NCBI GenBank assembly: GCA_002269645.1
Contig: NIVC01003259.1
Coordinates: forward strand, 44,950 to 108,949
Reading direction: 5' to 3'
Length of the DNA stretch: 64,000 nt
Origin: Macrostomum lignano
Taxonomy: Eukaryota
Below the pieces are notes generated by a model. It was not told the origin of the DNA and searched no databases. It saw only the letters and a list, made by a program, of their open reading frames with translations. Position numbers and translations under genes: made by a program. The stretch's first letter is position 1. Each line of letters begins with the position of its first letter. This document shows positions 37,001 to 48,311 of this stretch, piece after piece.

Positions 37001-40000
37001 TGCACCTAATACACCCCTGTGCGCCAAGCAGCACTGCGCCTTGCCAAGCCTCAAAATTTCAACAGCACGTCGACCGTACGTGTGTGAATCGGATCTGACT
37101 TAGTTTGTCATGGACCTTCTATCAGTTTGGCTGATCAAGCGGCAAACCTTAACTACTCAGCCTCGATGCCTTTCATAGTCTGGCAGGCTGAAAATGGCTT
37201 TGTATTCCTACTGTTAAGCGATCTATTGTCTGGACCGTGTAACGTGCAGTAGCGACTTCGGCTTTTGATTAAAATTCTGCAAAATACAAAAATCAATTTT
37301 TTTATTGAAAACTATCTACAACCTGGCTGTTTGCTGTGAGGGCATTTAGTTGGCTCTTATCAGCCCAAGTACAATGTACATTCTTGTCAAGATTTTTACA
37401 GTTTCAAATCTTGCATCCGCTCCGAAAAAGCTAGCGCTTTGGCTTTAATGAAGTATTTCTTCCATGAGATAAGACAAGCAACTCATTTCAGTCGTGGCTG
37501 AAACAAACTGTATATATTTGCGTTGCCTAATAGACGAAAAAATATTTTTATGCTTTGACTTTGGACAGAACATCAAGAGATATGGCGTCTGCTTCAGCCA
37601 TCTGCTCTGTGAAATTCTGCCGAAACCAAGCCGAAGGCCCGTCCCCCATCACGGATCAGCCCTACTGCTCTCAGCATCTGCAGGCCGACCTGAGCAGGTG
37701 CGACAAGTCCGAAGCCAGAGTCTTGGACAAAATCGCGCACTTCAAGAAGTACCAAGCGCCTATGAGACTGATGCAGCAGAGGCTGGCCTCCGACCTGCAG
37801 CTCATTGATGACGAGTTCGCCAACCTGAGAGACACACTGGACAGATGTCAAGCTGAGCTCACCACAGCCGTCACCAAGCATCATGACAAAATCATGGAGT
37901 CGTTGGGGATTCTTGCTGAGCTGGATGACTCTGAGTCCGAACTCAAGGCGGCCAAGAAAGAGAAGGACGCTAAGAAGGCCTTTCTCATCGCTGAGAACTT
38001 GGAGAAGTCACTGGAGACTCTGCATCTCGACTCGGAGCTGGTGTGCATGGATGAGGAGACGAACGAGGTGAAGTTGGCTGCGTTTCCAGACGTGAGTTCT
38101 TCAGTTCTGGATCTGTGTGAGTGTACTCAAGTTCAGCTAGAAGTGGCACGTCAGCTTGTTGATGGATTGGATATCAGAAACGATGAAGAGTCCGAAATAT
38201 TTAAATCTGAGGAAAAGACAATCGAGCTGGATGGCTGCCCAGTGAGCATGGCTTTGTGCGAGAACACCAGCGGCTTTTGTCTTGACGAGTCTGGAAGCGT
38301 CGTCAGGGCGCAGGAGGCTGGCAATGGTCGCGAACTAACTCAGAGGGTTGCCTTTGTGGCTGTAAATCCTTCAAGTTCAGAGAGAGACTCTGAAGGACGG
38401 GGCAATGAAGCGTCTCGCATTTTGATAGTGTCCGCAGACGGAGAAGTGGCAGGCCGCATCAACGGCAGCTGGGATCAGCCCATCAGAGATCTGCACTGCG
38501 ACACAAAACTGCAACTGCTGTTCATCGTCCAAGATCGACAGCTGATCATCGACGACATGTGCGGAGTGGAGCAGTCTCGAGTCGGCGTCTCCGACCTGCA
38601 AGATGACGTGCAGAAGCTGTGCTGCATCGCCGGTGACTCCGACAAGCTGTTCATCCTCGCCGAGCGAGCTGACGGCAAGCCGGTGATTTTCGGACTGTCC
38701 AAGAAGTCGAACGAAGTCCAGCTGAAGCTCGCGGTGACCGGCATCGACAAGATGGGCACCAGGCCTCGGATTTCGGTGAGGAACCGCATACTGTTCGTTG
38801 ATGACGGTGAGAAGCTGCACACGGTGTGCTCCATCACTGGGATGCTGCTATCGGCGGATTCTCATAAGGAAGCAAGAATTTCTTGTTTAGATTCGCGCTC
38901 TAAAGTTCACGATCGGCTAAATCCTTCATATTTTTCCTGCATAATGGACTTGAATGTAGTGTGGGTAAACTGTGTAGTAAGTGTTCCTTTTCAATTTGAC
39001 TCTGCCATTCAAATTGAGCAGTCAAAAGGGCTTGTTTTGAATAAAGGAGAACTCAACTATATCCACACGTAGACTTGTAAGCAGCTAATTAACGAACTTT
39101 TCAAAACTTTTCGTGTTAGTCTTTGACTCCCTCTCGAATATTGGCGCTCAAGTCTGTGTGGAAGTAGCTCGTACAGTAAATACACATGTAAAGTTTGTAA
39201 CTCATTCACTAATTCCAGATATGAATTTTTCGTTTTTGATTGTTTGGATTATAATTTTTCTGTCATTTTTTCTGATAATATTTTAATGCCACATATCATC
39301 TTGACACTTTATTTTATTGTCTATTTTTCAGCCAATCCTTAATCTCCAATAACCCAAGTTTGCCGTATATTGTAAATCGAATGATTGACGTATTGAATAA
39401 AATGAAAAATGCTATTGTATATGCTATATTATCATATTCAGGGCACGTCACAAATCATCGCAACAAGCCTTATCTTTTGGTATGAAGATTCGAATGATTT
39501 TTAGTTTGAATTCATATTTGCAACCATCTAACACTTAAAACAGCTGCATCGGATCGTGTGTCACCACCTAACAAGTGATCTAGATTTTTTGTGTTCTCCT
39601 GCTCTTGTGTGCAGGTGTCGTTTAGTTTTCCCTACGATGTAGGAAACACTGTGATCAACATAATTGATAGACAACACCTGCCTTGAGACAGAAGAGACAG
39701 AACTTGAAGTCAGTTATATTTAGTTATATAAATATATGTTTTCCTATTCGTATTTATTATCCGACTTGAGATCTGACTAGAAAAATGTTAAAAACAACTC
39801 ACTTGCTAGCCTTGCCCTTCTGGCTGAGATGTCGTGAGCAATAACCTCGCCGTTGCGACTCTTTATTACAGCCATCTGCGCTGCACAGCCTGCGCCACTG
39901 CTTGCCGTTGAACTTCTTGCGAACGCCACTCGGCGTGCGGACAATGTCGCCTTTCTTGTACTTGTTCTGCAGGGCGGCCGCCGCTGCCGCTGCAGCAGCC

Positions 40001-42211
40001 GATGCTGAGCTGCCGCTGGCAACCGCGCTGGGGTCTGAGTCTGACGGACGGGAGAGGCGGGTGGCAGCTGCTTTTGGCTGATGGTTTGGGAATTGCTATG
40101 GCAGAGTTGCAGTTGGCCTGAGATGGTGTTAAAGAATCTAGGAGGGTGATATTAATAATAATATTAATAATAATTGATTACACCTGCCCTAATGGGCAGA
40201 TGTGCAACCGACAGCTCAGCCGCAGCTATTGCGTGGCGCATCTGAAGGTTGCGTGCGGCTGTTCAGTCCAAGGATAGAGGGGGGGGGGGGGTCGCCACAC
40301 ACCCTCAATCACCCCAGCTAATGCTGGCACTCATTTTACAGCTGAACTGAAGCAATGCAGAGTTAAGTGTCTTGCCCAATGACACCAATTGTTTCGGTGG
40401 AGTCGGGAATCAAACCTCTGACCTTCAATTTGTGAGTCTGACGCTCTAAACACTAAGCTACGAGCTAAAACCACTAGCATAGTGTGGTAGAGGATCTGGG
40501 AGGGTGGCAGAGGATCTGGGAGGGTGGTAGAGGATCTGGGAGGGTGGCAGAGGATCTGGGAGGGTGGTAGAGGATCTGGGAGGGTGGCAGAGGATCTGGG
40601 AGGGTGGTAGAGGATCTGGGAGGATTGTAAGGATCTGGGAGGGTGGCAGAGGATCTGGAAGGGTGGTAGAGGATCTGAGTGGGTGGTAGAGGATCTGGGA
40701 GGGTGGTAGAGGATCTGGGAGGGTGGTAGAGGATCTGGGAGGGTGGTAGAGGATCTGGGAGGATTGCAGAGGATCTGGGAGGGTGGTAGAGGATCTGGGA
40801 GGATTGTAAGGATCTGGGAGGGTGGCAGAGGATCTGGGAGGGTGGTAGAGGATCTGGGAGGGTGGTAGAGGATCTGGGAGGGTGGCAGAGGATCTAGGAG
40901 GGTGGCAGAGGATCTGGGAGGGTGGTAGAGGATCTCAGTGGGTTGCAGAGGATCTGGGAGGGTGGTAGAGGATCTCAGTGGGTTGCAGAGGATCTGGGAG
41001 GGTGGTAGAGGATCTGGGATGGTAAAGGATCTCTGAGTGGGTGGTAGAGGATCTGGGAGGATTGTGAGGATCTGGGAGGGTGGTAGAGGAACTAGGAGGG
41101 TGGTAGAGGATCTGGGAGGGTGGCAGAGGATCTGGAAGGGTGGTAGAGGATCTGGAAGGATTGTAAGGATCTGGGAGGGTGGCAGAGGATCTGGGAGGGT
41201 GGTAGAGGATCTGAGTGGGTGGTAGAGGATCTGGAGGGTGGTAGAGGATCTGGGATAGTAGAGGATCTCTGAGTGGGTGGTAGAGGATCTGGGATGGTAA
41301 AGGATCTGGGATGGTAGAGGATCTGGGATGGTAGAGGATCTGGGAGGGTTGTAGAGGATCTGGGATGGTAGAGGATCTGATGGGATCTGTGAGGGTGTTA
41401 GCGGATCTAGGATTGTAGAGCATCTGTGAGGGTAGCGGATGGCCCAGACTGAACATGCAACACTGGCGCCCAAGAATCAGGCAAGCAATAAATCACCTGA
41501 AACCGCATGATGGTGCTGGTGCAGCGGATAGGGCAGCGGCTGGTGCTGCTGAATCGACTTGGACATGTGCGGCGGCGGCGGCAGCGGCAGGGGCAACGGC
41601 AGAGGCATCGATGGCAGGGGACCGTGGTCCAGCAGCCTGGCAGCTGCCTGCCGCTGAGTACTGCAACCAGGAGCGGAGGCTGCAGAAGCCGATGAGGCGG
41701 CCTCCTCCAAGCACGGCATCGACTTGTCGTCGGCTTCTTCTTCTTCGAGTTCTTCTTCATCGACTGGATCATCGTGTCCAGCAGCCTCAGTCTGAGCCTC
41801 ATCGACTATAATATTGTCCGAGTCGTCAGGCGCGGTAGTCACGTGATCAGATTGAGCATCATCGAACTCTTCAACTTCAACGTCTGGCTCTTGACTGTCG
41901 CTACCGCGCTCCTCGTCTTCGGCTGCGTTGTTTTCACTGTTGAAGTCTTCTTCTAGAAGATTGGCGCTGGGCTCCGGGTCCTCTGCAGCTGCCGCGGCGG
42001 CTGCGTTCAAGACGGCTTGCTGCATCTGGAAAATTGGGATTTTTTAAGTTGCTTAGTGTTTAAACATGACAGATACAATATTCGCATAGATAGTTCTGGA
42101 GCAAAAAGCTACCAGACTAACTAACTAACTGACTAACTAACTTACTAACTAACTGACTAACTGAGTAACTAACTGACTAGTTAACTATCTGACTAACTAA
42201 CTAACTATCTG

Positions 42212-42258
<47 letters not shown>

Positions 42259-42303
42259 GACTGACTAACCAACTGACTAACTAACTAACTAGCTAACTAA
42301 CTG

Positions 42304-42342
<39 letters not shown>

Positions 42343-43024
42343 GACTAACCAACTAACTAACTAACTAACTGAGTAACTAACTGACTAACCAACTAACTAA
42401 CTGACTCACTAACTACCTAACTAACTGACTAACCAACATATCAATTAACACATTAATCAAATCACAAAGCCAACAGCCAGCACGCACCTCCAGCTGCATT
42501 TCCAGTCCCCAGGCCAGCAACTCCTCTTGCCAGGGCGGCTGCAGCAGCCGCAGCTGGGACCGGTGCACGGACACAATTAGTTCTTCTGCATCGCCGGCTT
42601 GTTGAGGGCAATCCAGACGGACGCTCACCCGGCCGGATCCACCGGCTCCCTGCTGGTGACGCACCCGGCCAGGCAGGTAGACACCGCGATTATCATCGGT
42701 TGACTTTGCAGACGAAGAAGAAGCTATCGAAGCCGCTGTGGAAACTGCGGAAGCTGTCACGCAGACTGGGGTGCCAGATTCGGCTAGCTGAGCAGAATGA
42801 GGAACCGCATCAGCAATGATGGAGCTGATGGGGATGTTCAGAAGGCAGCTGGCAGGCTGTCCATCATCTGGCTCAATTACAGCATGATCAGCTGAGAAGT
42901 CCCTGATAATGCCAGGCAGATAGGCCCGCCTGCTAGGCTGGTAAAACAGAATCCTGGCACCGCGCCAAGCTAACAAATCTGGTAGCTGGGTCTGGCGAGT
43001 TTGGAATGATGATGACTTCTGCAT
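34050..43024 (-). CDS. cic: Capicua-L N-terminal-module gene; exons 43024-42488, 42025-41497, 40040-39803, 36434-35768, 35698-35561, 35090-34967, 34120-34050; 5' exon(s) not found
   Basis: Tudor-like '[10 protein letters not shown]...YLPGII...[13 protein letters not shown]' and the CIC-L motif '[47 protein letters not shown]'. All introns are GT-AG with matching phases (0,1,2,0,0,1). The stop overlaps AATAAA. The 35699 acceptor has a weak pyrimidine tract. Confidence 0.75.
34140..34945. repeat. Intronic 43-45-bp and 40-bp minisatellites, each unit containing ATGAGTCAT
   Basis: About 19 units of atgagtcatagagct(g/a)gtgggtcatat... Confidence 0.9.
36715..37098 (+). pseudogene. Internally deleted 3' fragment paralogous to the 37582-39072 gene
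   Basis: Matches 38490-38560 (ctgcactgcgacaca...aaactgcaactgctgttcatcg) joined to 38785-38845 (ctgttcgttgatgacg...tgctccatcactgggatgc). Confidence 0.75.
37582..39072 (+). CDS. Uncharacterised ~496-aa intronless protein with N-terminal C-x4-C...C-x2-H, coiled coil and beta-rich C-terminus (TRIM-like architecture), nested in a cic intron
   Basis: Long GC-rich ORF from the ATG at 37582; domain calls are made by eye only. Confidence 0.7.
   Translation: MASASAICSVKFCRNQAEGPSPITDQPYCSQHLQADLSRCDKSEARVLDKIAHFKKYQAPMRLMQQRLASDLQLIDDEFANLRDTLDRCQAELTTAVTKHHDKIMESLGILAELDDSESELKAAKKEKDAKKAFLIAENLEKSLETLHLDSELVCMDEETNEVKLAAFPDVSSSVLDLCECTQVQLEVARQLVDGLDIRNDEESEIFKSEEKTIELDGCPVSMALCENTSGFCLDESGSVVRAQEAGNGRELTQRVAFVAVNPSSSERDSEGRGNEASRILIVSADGEVAGRINGSWDQPIRDLHCDTKLQLLFIVQDRQLIIDDMCGVEQSRVGVSDLQDDVQKLCCIAGDSDKLFILAERADGKPVIFGLSKKSNEVQLKLAVTGIDKMGTRPRISVRNRILFVDDGEKLHTVCSITGMLLSADSHKEARISCLDSRSKVHDRLNPSYFSCIMDLNVVWVNCVVSVPFQFDSAIQIEQSKGLVLNKGELNYIHT
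40280..40468 (-). mobile_element. tRNA-derived SINE
   Basis: On the minus strand, A-box-like tagcttagtgt and B-box-like ggtttgattcc, followed by a metazoan SINE core-like tgggcaagacacttaac...cagctgtaaaatg. Confidence 0.6.
40489..41400. repeat. 20-bp G-rich intronic minisatellite (gggagggtggtagaggatct)
   Basis: About 45 tandem copies. Confidence 0.95.
42113..42435. repeat. (CTAA)n-type intronic microsatellite
   Basis: Imperfect ctaa/ctga run. Confidence 0.9.
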
Positions 43025-45779
43025 CTGAAGTGGATAGTATTAACATTTGTGCAATGTGCAAATAATTGTCTTAAATTTAATAGTAATAAGAATCTAACAA
43101 TAATCATTTTATTATTTATAAACATTTTTATAGAAATTTTACAAGACTTTTGGGGGGGGTATTTATAATTTTAAATGCAAGAAGAATCTAGACCAACTTG
43201 CATGGAAGACCTAAATATTTTAGTAAGTGGTTGGAGCTATAGACATTTTTGAAATATCAAAATTTAAGAGTTTTATATCTATGACAAAATCTAAGATTCA
43301 ATTTGTCTAATGTATAGAATGACAATTTAGACATTGTTAACAACCTGATAATGATTAATTAATCATGTAATTGTTTTACATAGAATTCATACAACAATGG
43401 AACCATTGTACCATGCAATTTACCCCTCTAACCAAAAGTGATTAAGATTATTTAACCCTTTAGACTTCTTTGAAGATATGTTTTAAAATTAGTGATCATA
43501 TGTTGATAAACTACCTAGAATTCGCTATAGGCTAGAATTAATTCAGTCTATGGCAATTAAATGCACATGATATACATGCAAATTATTGAAATACCAGGCA
43601 AAAACTATGGTTATATTATGCTTATACATTGTAGGTTTTAGCACCTACTATCTAGCAGCACATTCTAAACTATAATATAAAAAGGTGCTTAGAAAAAGAA
43701 ACTTTGATATTCCCTTATCAAAGAAGTGCATTCTTTCTTTAATTTAATTATCAGCCATTACATGCCCTATTTTGATGCTCTCAATGGAGAATTTGTTAAG
43801 AATGCATTGTACAAAATGAAATTAATAAGTAAGTGGAAAATAAAAAAAGAAATAAAAGACCCTGAAAATTGCCAGAAAAAATTGCATTTTGCTACCATGG
43901 CTGAAAAGAAATGGGTGTGATGGTATTAATAAATTGACTCTCATTTTCATTTCTACCCCCTCACTTTTGTTTTTACAATGCATTATTAACAAATTCTTGA
44001 TTAAAAGCATTTTATAAACATGGCTATATCTATTTCAATTCTCACTATTTTCTATTGGATATTGTATAACAAAACTGATGCAAAATATAGATACTGTAAA
44101 ACAAAAGAATGCCTAAGTAGTATCTTTGTTTTTTTATATAGAAATTAATTGTAATAGGACTAAACAATTTATTTAGTTGCAAATGCATGTCAAATAGCTA
44201 ATGCATTCCCATGTTTTATATTTTTGGACTTAAAAGGTAGAAAGCAATCAAATTTTAGTAAAAAAAAATAATTTAACAAACAATTCTATATGATAGCCAT
44301 AATTGTGCATTGATTTTTAATTTTTACCTCAATGTTGTTAATTGAACTTGAAGATAATATCTATCTAAACATTCTATAACCAATTAGAAATAACCTATCT
44401 ACAAAAACATTATTTTATATCAATTAGCTAAAAATATTTTCAAAGTATTTAACACTAAGCATAAAGCCTAAGTGATAAGCATAAATAGAGCTTTGTTTGA
44501 TAGATGGGTTTGATAGGCATATGGTATCCAAAGGCAAAAACAAAGTCAATCAAGCAATCTTTTAGTTTCCCACTTTAACTTTTTTAACCTTCTTTTTGAA
44601 CAACTTAGCTGCTACTGAGTCTTAAGTATGGCTGGCCAACTTTGAGCGCTGCAATTTGTTCTTAGAATTGAAGTAATTAACAATATTATACTATGCAACC
44701 TTAATATAAACTATCAAAGATTGGTTGCCCTAATGCCCCCTATTGGAATAAGTTTTCAGACACTGTGGACAGTGCATCTAGTGCGCCATGGCAATCATAA
44801 AGTGGCCTGGACGGTGCGTCATGACAATCTTCAAATCCTAAGGTGGTATGGACGATGTGTCATTCAAATCTTCAAATCCTAGGGTGCCATAGCACTCTAG
44901 GTTTAGGTGATATTGTGCATGACTCCAGTCTCTATCATGTTCATTCTGATGATGCATCACTCGTTTTTGAGAGATTTAAAGAGATTGAGAGAAAGTTGTG
45001 TGTTTTACCGCACTTGTGTTTTACTGCACTCTGTTCTGTACTGTACTTCTGCCCCCTTCTGTTGTAGTTGTATCTATTTCTTAATTCTTAGTCTACTCGT
45101 CTTTTGACTTACAAAGTTACATTGTTGGTCTATTCAAAGAAAAATAAATAATGTAAATAGTGTGGCAATTGCATCAGTGAGTACTTAAAATAATTACGAA
45201 CACTGAAACCCTTTACTTCAATTTGGCTAATTGGTTAATACAAAATGAAGAAACTCCGTGATGAACAACACAGAGTTCACGAACAAACAAAATTGTCTTT
45301 GCCTTATCCACACACTTTTTCAGCAGTAGTTGTAGCACTTTGGCTCGGGTCGGGTTATCAAATCTGATAACTATTTAGCATGGTGTTTCGAAGAATATTT
45401 TCACATTTAAATGTCAGCATAAATAAATGTACGCGCAACCAATCAAAAAGATAATTAAACAAAGCAGAAAATTTGTTGAGACTTTTAATAGAATTTAGTT
45501 TACTTTTTTATTTCTTGCAACTGCGTTATAAGAGAACATTAAGAGCAATTAGCATTTGGCACTATGTTATAATGTTTATGAGGCAATAAAGAACATTTCT
45601 GCTGCGATCTTTCAACTACAATTTCCAATTTTACGATTAACTTGCATGCATATTCTAGATGACACAGCAATCAATACATATGATCATACATGCGCAACTT
45701 CTGAAATTACGCTGGCCGTGCGACTTAGTTTTCGATAAAAAATGCGACTTACCTATGAAAGAGCCAAGCAAAAACTTTA

Positions 45780-45848
45780 GGTAAACGGCAGGAGTAACTA
45801 TGACCATATTTTTAAAGCTAAATGCCTCGCCAGCTAATTAGTGCTGCG
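45780..45848 (+). other. Degenerate 28S rRNA-like fragment spanning the conserved R2 target region
   Basis: ggtaaacggcaggagtaactatgac ... agctaaatgcctcgccagctaattagtg compared with recalled 28S GGTAAACGGCGGGAGTAACTATGAC-TCTCTTAAGGT-AGCCAAATGCCTCGTCATCTAATTAGTG. Confidence 0.7.
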
Positions 45849-46259
45849 TGCAGATTCCGCGTTTTTATAATAGCTAATCAGTATGTCATCTAGTGGCGGC
45901 ATGAAGCAATTAGTAAATTGTCAGTACAGTACAGAGTCATGATTCATGAATGTCCAGAAGTAAGTGAAGTGAATACAGTGTGACCTATAGCTCAAGAACG
46001 ATTTGCTAGACGATTTGGCATGGAAGATGAGAGCCCTGATTCAGATGGCTCATCAGATGCAGAATACGAATCCAGTAGAGATACAAGCTGTGAAAACCCA
46101 CAGATTTTTAAACCACTGGATTCTAATTCCCGGAACTATTTTTGCATAGATTCTAAATTTGAAGTCATGCTCAAACAAAAACTTGTTAACAGTTAGGAAA
46201 AAGGCAAAGATGGGAGTAATGCATGTTAAACTAAGATTTGAGGCCTTTGCAAATTCTCT

Positions 46260-46930
46260 CCATTCCTCAATCTTCTCATCCTCTTTTTCTTTTCTCTCTC
46301 ATCCCTTTTCCCTTCTCTCTTTCCTCTCCTCTCTCCTCTCTTTCCTCTCCTCTCCTATCTCTTTTGTCTCCTCTCTACATTCTTATCTCTCCTCTCGTCT
46401 CTCTCCATTCCACTCTACTCTCTCATCTTATCTTCCCTCTCGTCTCTCTCCACTCTACTCTCTCATCTTATCTCTCCTCTCTTTTCTACTCTCTCATCTC
46501 TCCTCTCTTCACTCTCCTCTCATCTCCTCTTTATCCTCTCTTCTCTCATCTACTCTCTCCTCTTTCCTCTTTCCTCTCTTCTGATCTCATCCATCATCTT
46601 TTCTTTCCTCTTTCCTCTAATCTCCTCTTCTCTCTCATCTCTTTTTCCTCCCTCAGCTTTTCTCTCCTCTTCTATCTTTTCTTCCATCGCATCGCTCGCC
46701 TCTCCTCTGTTTGCTTATCTCTAATCTTCTATTCCCTCTACTTTGAAGTAAGAAAATATGCACATATTTTTGCTGAAGATAAGAGGAGAGAAGAGGGCAT
46801 TGAGGAGAAAGGGTAGAGAAAGGGGGAGAAGAGAGGAGACTAAAAATGAGAGGAGAGAGAAGAGGGAAAAGGGGGGGGGGAGAGAAGAGGGGAGGCAAGG
46901 TAGAGAAGAAGAGAGAGATGAGAGTTAAAG
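46260..46930. repeat. CT-rich low-complexity tract followed by a GA-rich tract
   Basis: Polypyrimidine to ~46720, polypurine from ~46780. Confidence 0.85.
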
Positions 46931-47169
46931 AGACACCAACCTTGCTAGTTAGGAAGTTTCAAAGAACCCGAGGGGCGAGGGCCAGATAGAGGGGCTTCGC
47001 GAGCTGGAGTTTGCCAACCCCTGCTCCAGAGTTTAAGAAATCAATGGGAAACTGTTGACGCGGGCTTCTGATTTCAAAGATCTTGTCTGTGGTTGAAGGC
47101 TTCTATTCTGTTTTTGCTCTCCTGCCACACTTGCACCTACTACCCCCTGATTGCCTCTGATTGTGACTT

Positions 47170-47890
47170 ACTTCCCTCTTATTGCGACTTAGTTGCTTCT
47201 TTTTGCGACTTACCTAATCCTTTTTGCGACTTACTTAATCCTTTTTGCGACTTACTTAATCCTTTTGCAACTTAATCCTTTTTGCAACTTACCTAATCCT
47301 TTTTGCGACTTACATAATCCTTTTTGCGACTTACCTAATCCTTTTTGCGACTTACTTAATCCTTTTTGCAACTTACCTAATCCTTTTCCGACTTACCTAA
47401 CCCTTTTGCGACTTACCTAATCCTTTTTGCGACTTACTTAATCCTTTTTGCGACTTACCTAATCCTTTTTGCGACTTACCTAATCCTTTTGCAACTTACC
47501 AAACCCTTTTGCGACTTAGCTGATCCTTTTTGCGACTTACCTAATCCTTTTTGCGACTTACCTAATCCTTTTTGCGACTTACCTAATCCTTTTGCGACTT
47601 AGCTGATCCTTTTGCGACTTAGCTGATCCTTTTGTGACTTACCTGATTCTTTTTGCGACTTACCTGATCCTTTTTGCGACTTACCTGATCCTTTTTGCGA
47701 CTTACCTGATCCTTTTTGCGACTTACCTGATCCTTTTTGCGACTTAGTTTGCTTCTTTTGCGACTTACCTGATTCCTGTTGCAACTTACCTGATCCCTTT
47801 TGCGACTTAGTTTGCTTCTTTTGCGACTTACCTGATCCTTTTTGCGACTTACCTGATTATTTTTACAACTTAGTCTGCTTCTTTTGCGAA
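47170..47890. repeat. ~21-bp minisatellite (ttttgcgacttacctaatcct)
   Basis: About 33 copies. Confidence 0.9.
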
Positions 47891-48270
47891 TTGTTTTTCT
47901 TTTGCTTCACCATTTTCCCTGAACTGCTCTTTCTTTCGCTTTCCTCTTGCCTTTCTTGGTTCTTGTGTTTTTCTGTTTTTGGTTGACTCAATTTTGCGAC
48001 TTACCCCTGGTCAGCCACGATTTACGGTGGCCGGATCGGCCAGGTCGGCCAGCAGTTGCGCATGTATGCATATGATAGGAGATATGCTATACTATAGCCC
48101 ATAGCAATATTATCAAAGTTATAGAAATTAGAAAAACAAGTTTTACTTACAGTTTGCTGAATTTCCACCGTGCTGCTGACTTTCTCCTGTGCATGCTTCT
48201 CATCCTTGTTCAGCAGCGCTGTATGTAGCGCGTGATGTCCTCCTTGCATCTTACCTGTGAGCTGCTGTGC

Positions 48271-48311
48271 GTCATGGCGCATGGCGCGCGTAGCGCGCCA
48301 TGCGCCATGAC
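48271..48311. other. Perfect 19-bp GC-rich inverted repeat with GTA triloop
   Basis: gtcatggcgcatggcgcgc-gta-gcgcgccatgcgccatgac. Confidence 0.95.

Noticed and set aside
40331-41473. 380-aa Pro-rich ORF
   Set aside because: Translation of the 20-bp G-rich minisatellite plus a SINE.
46159-46898. Leu/Ser-rich ORFs
   Set aside because: Translations of CT-rich low-complexity DNA.
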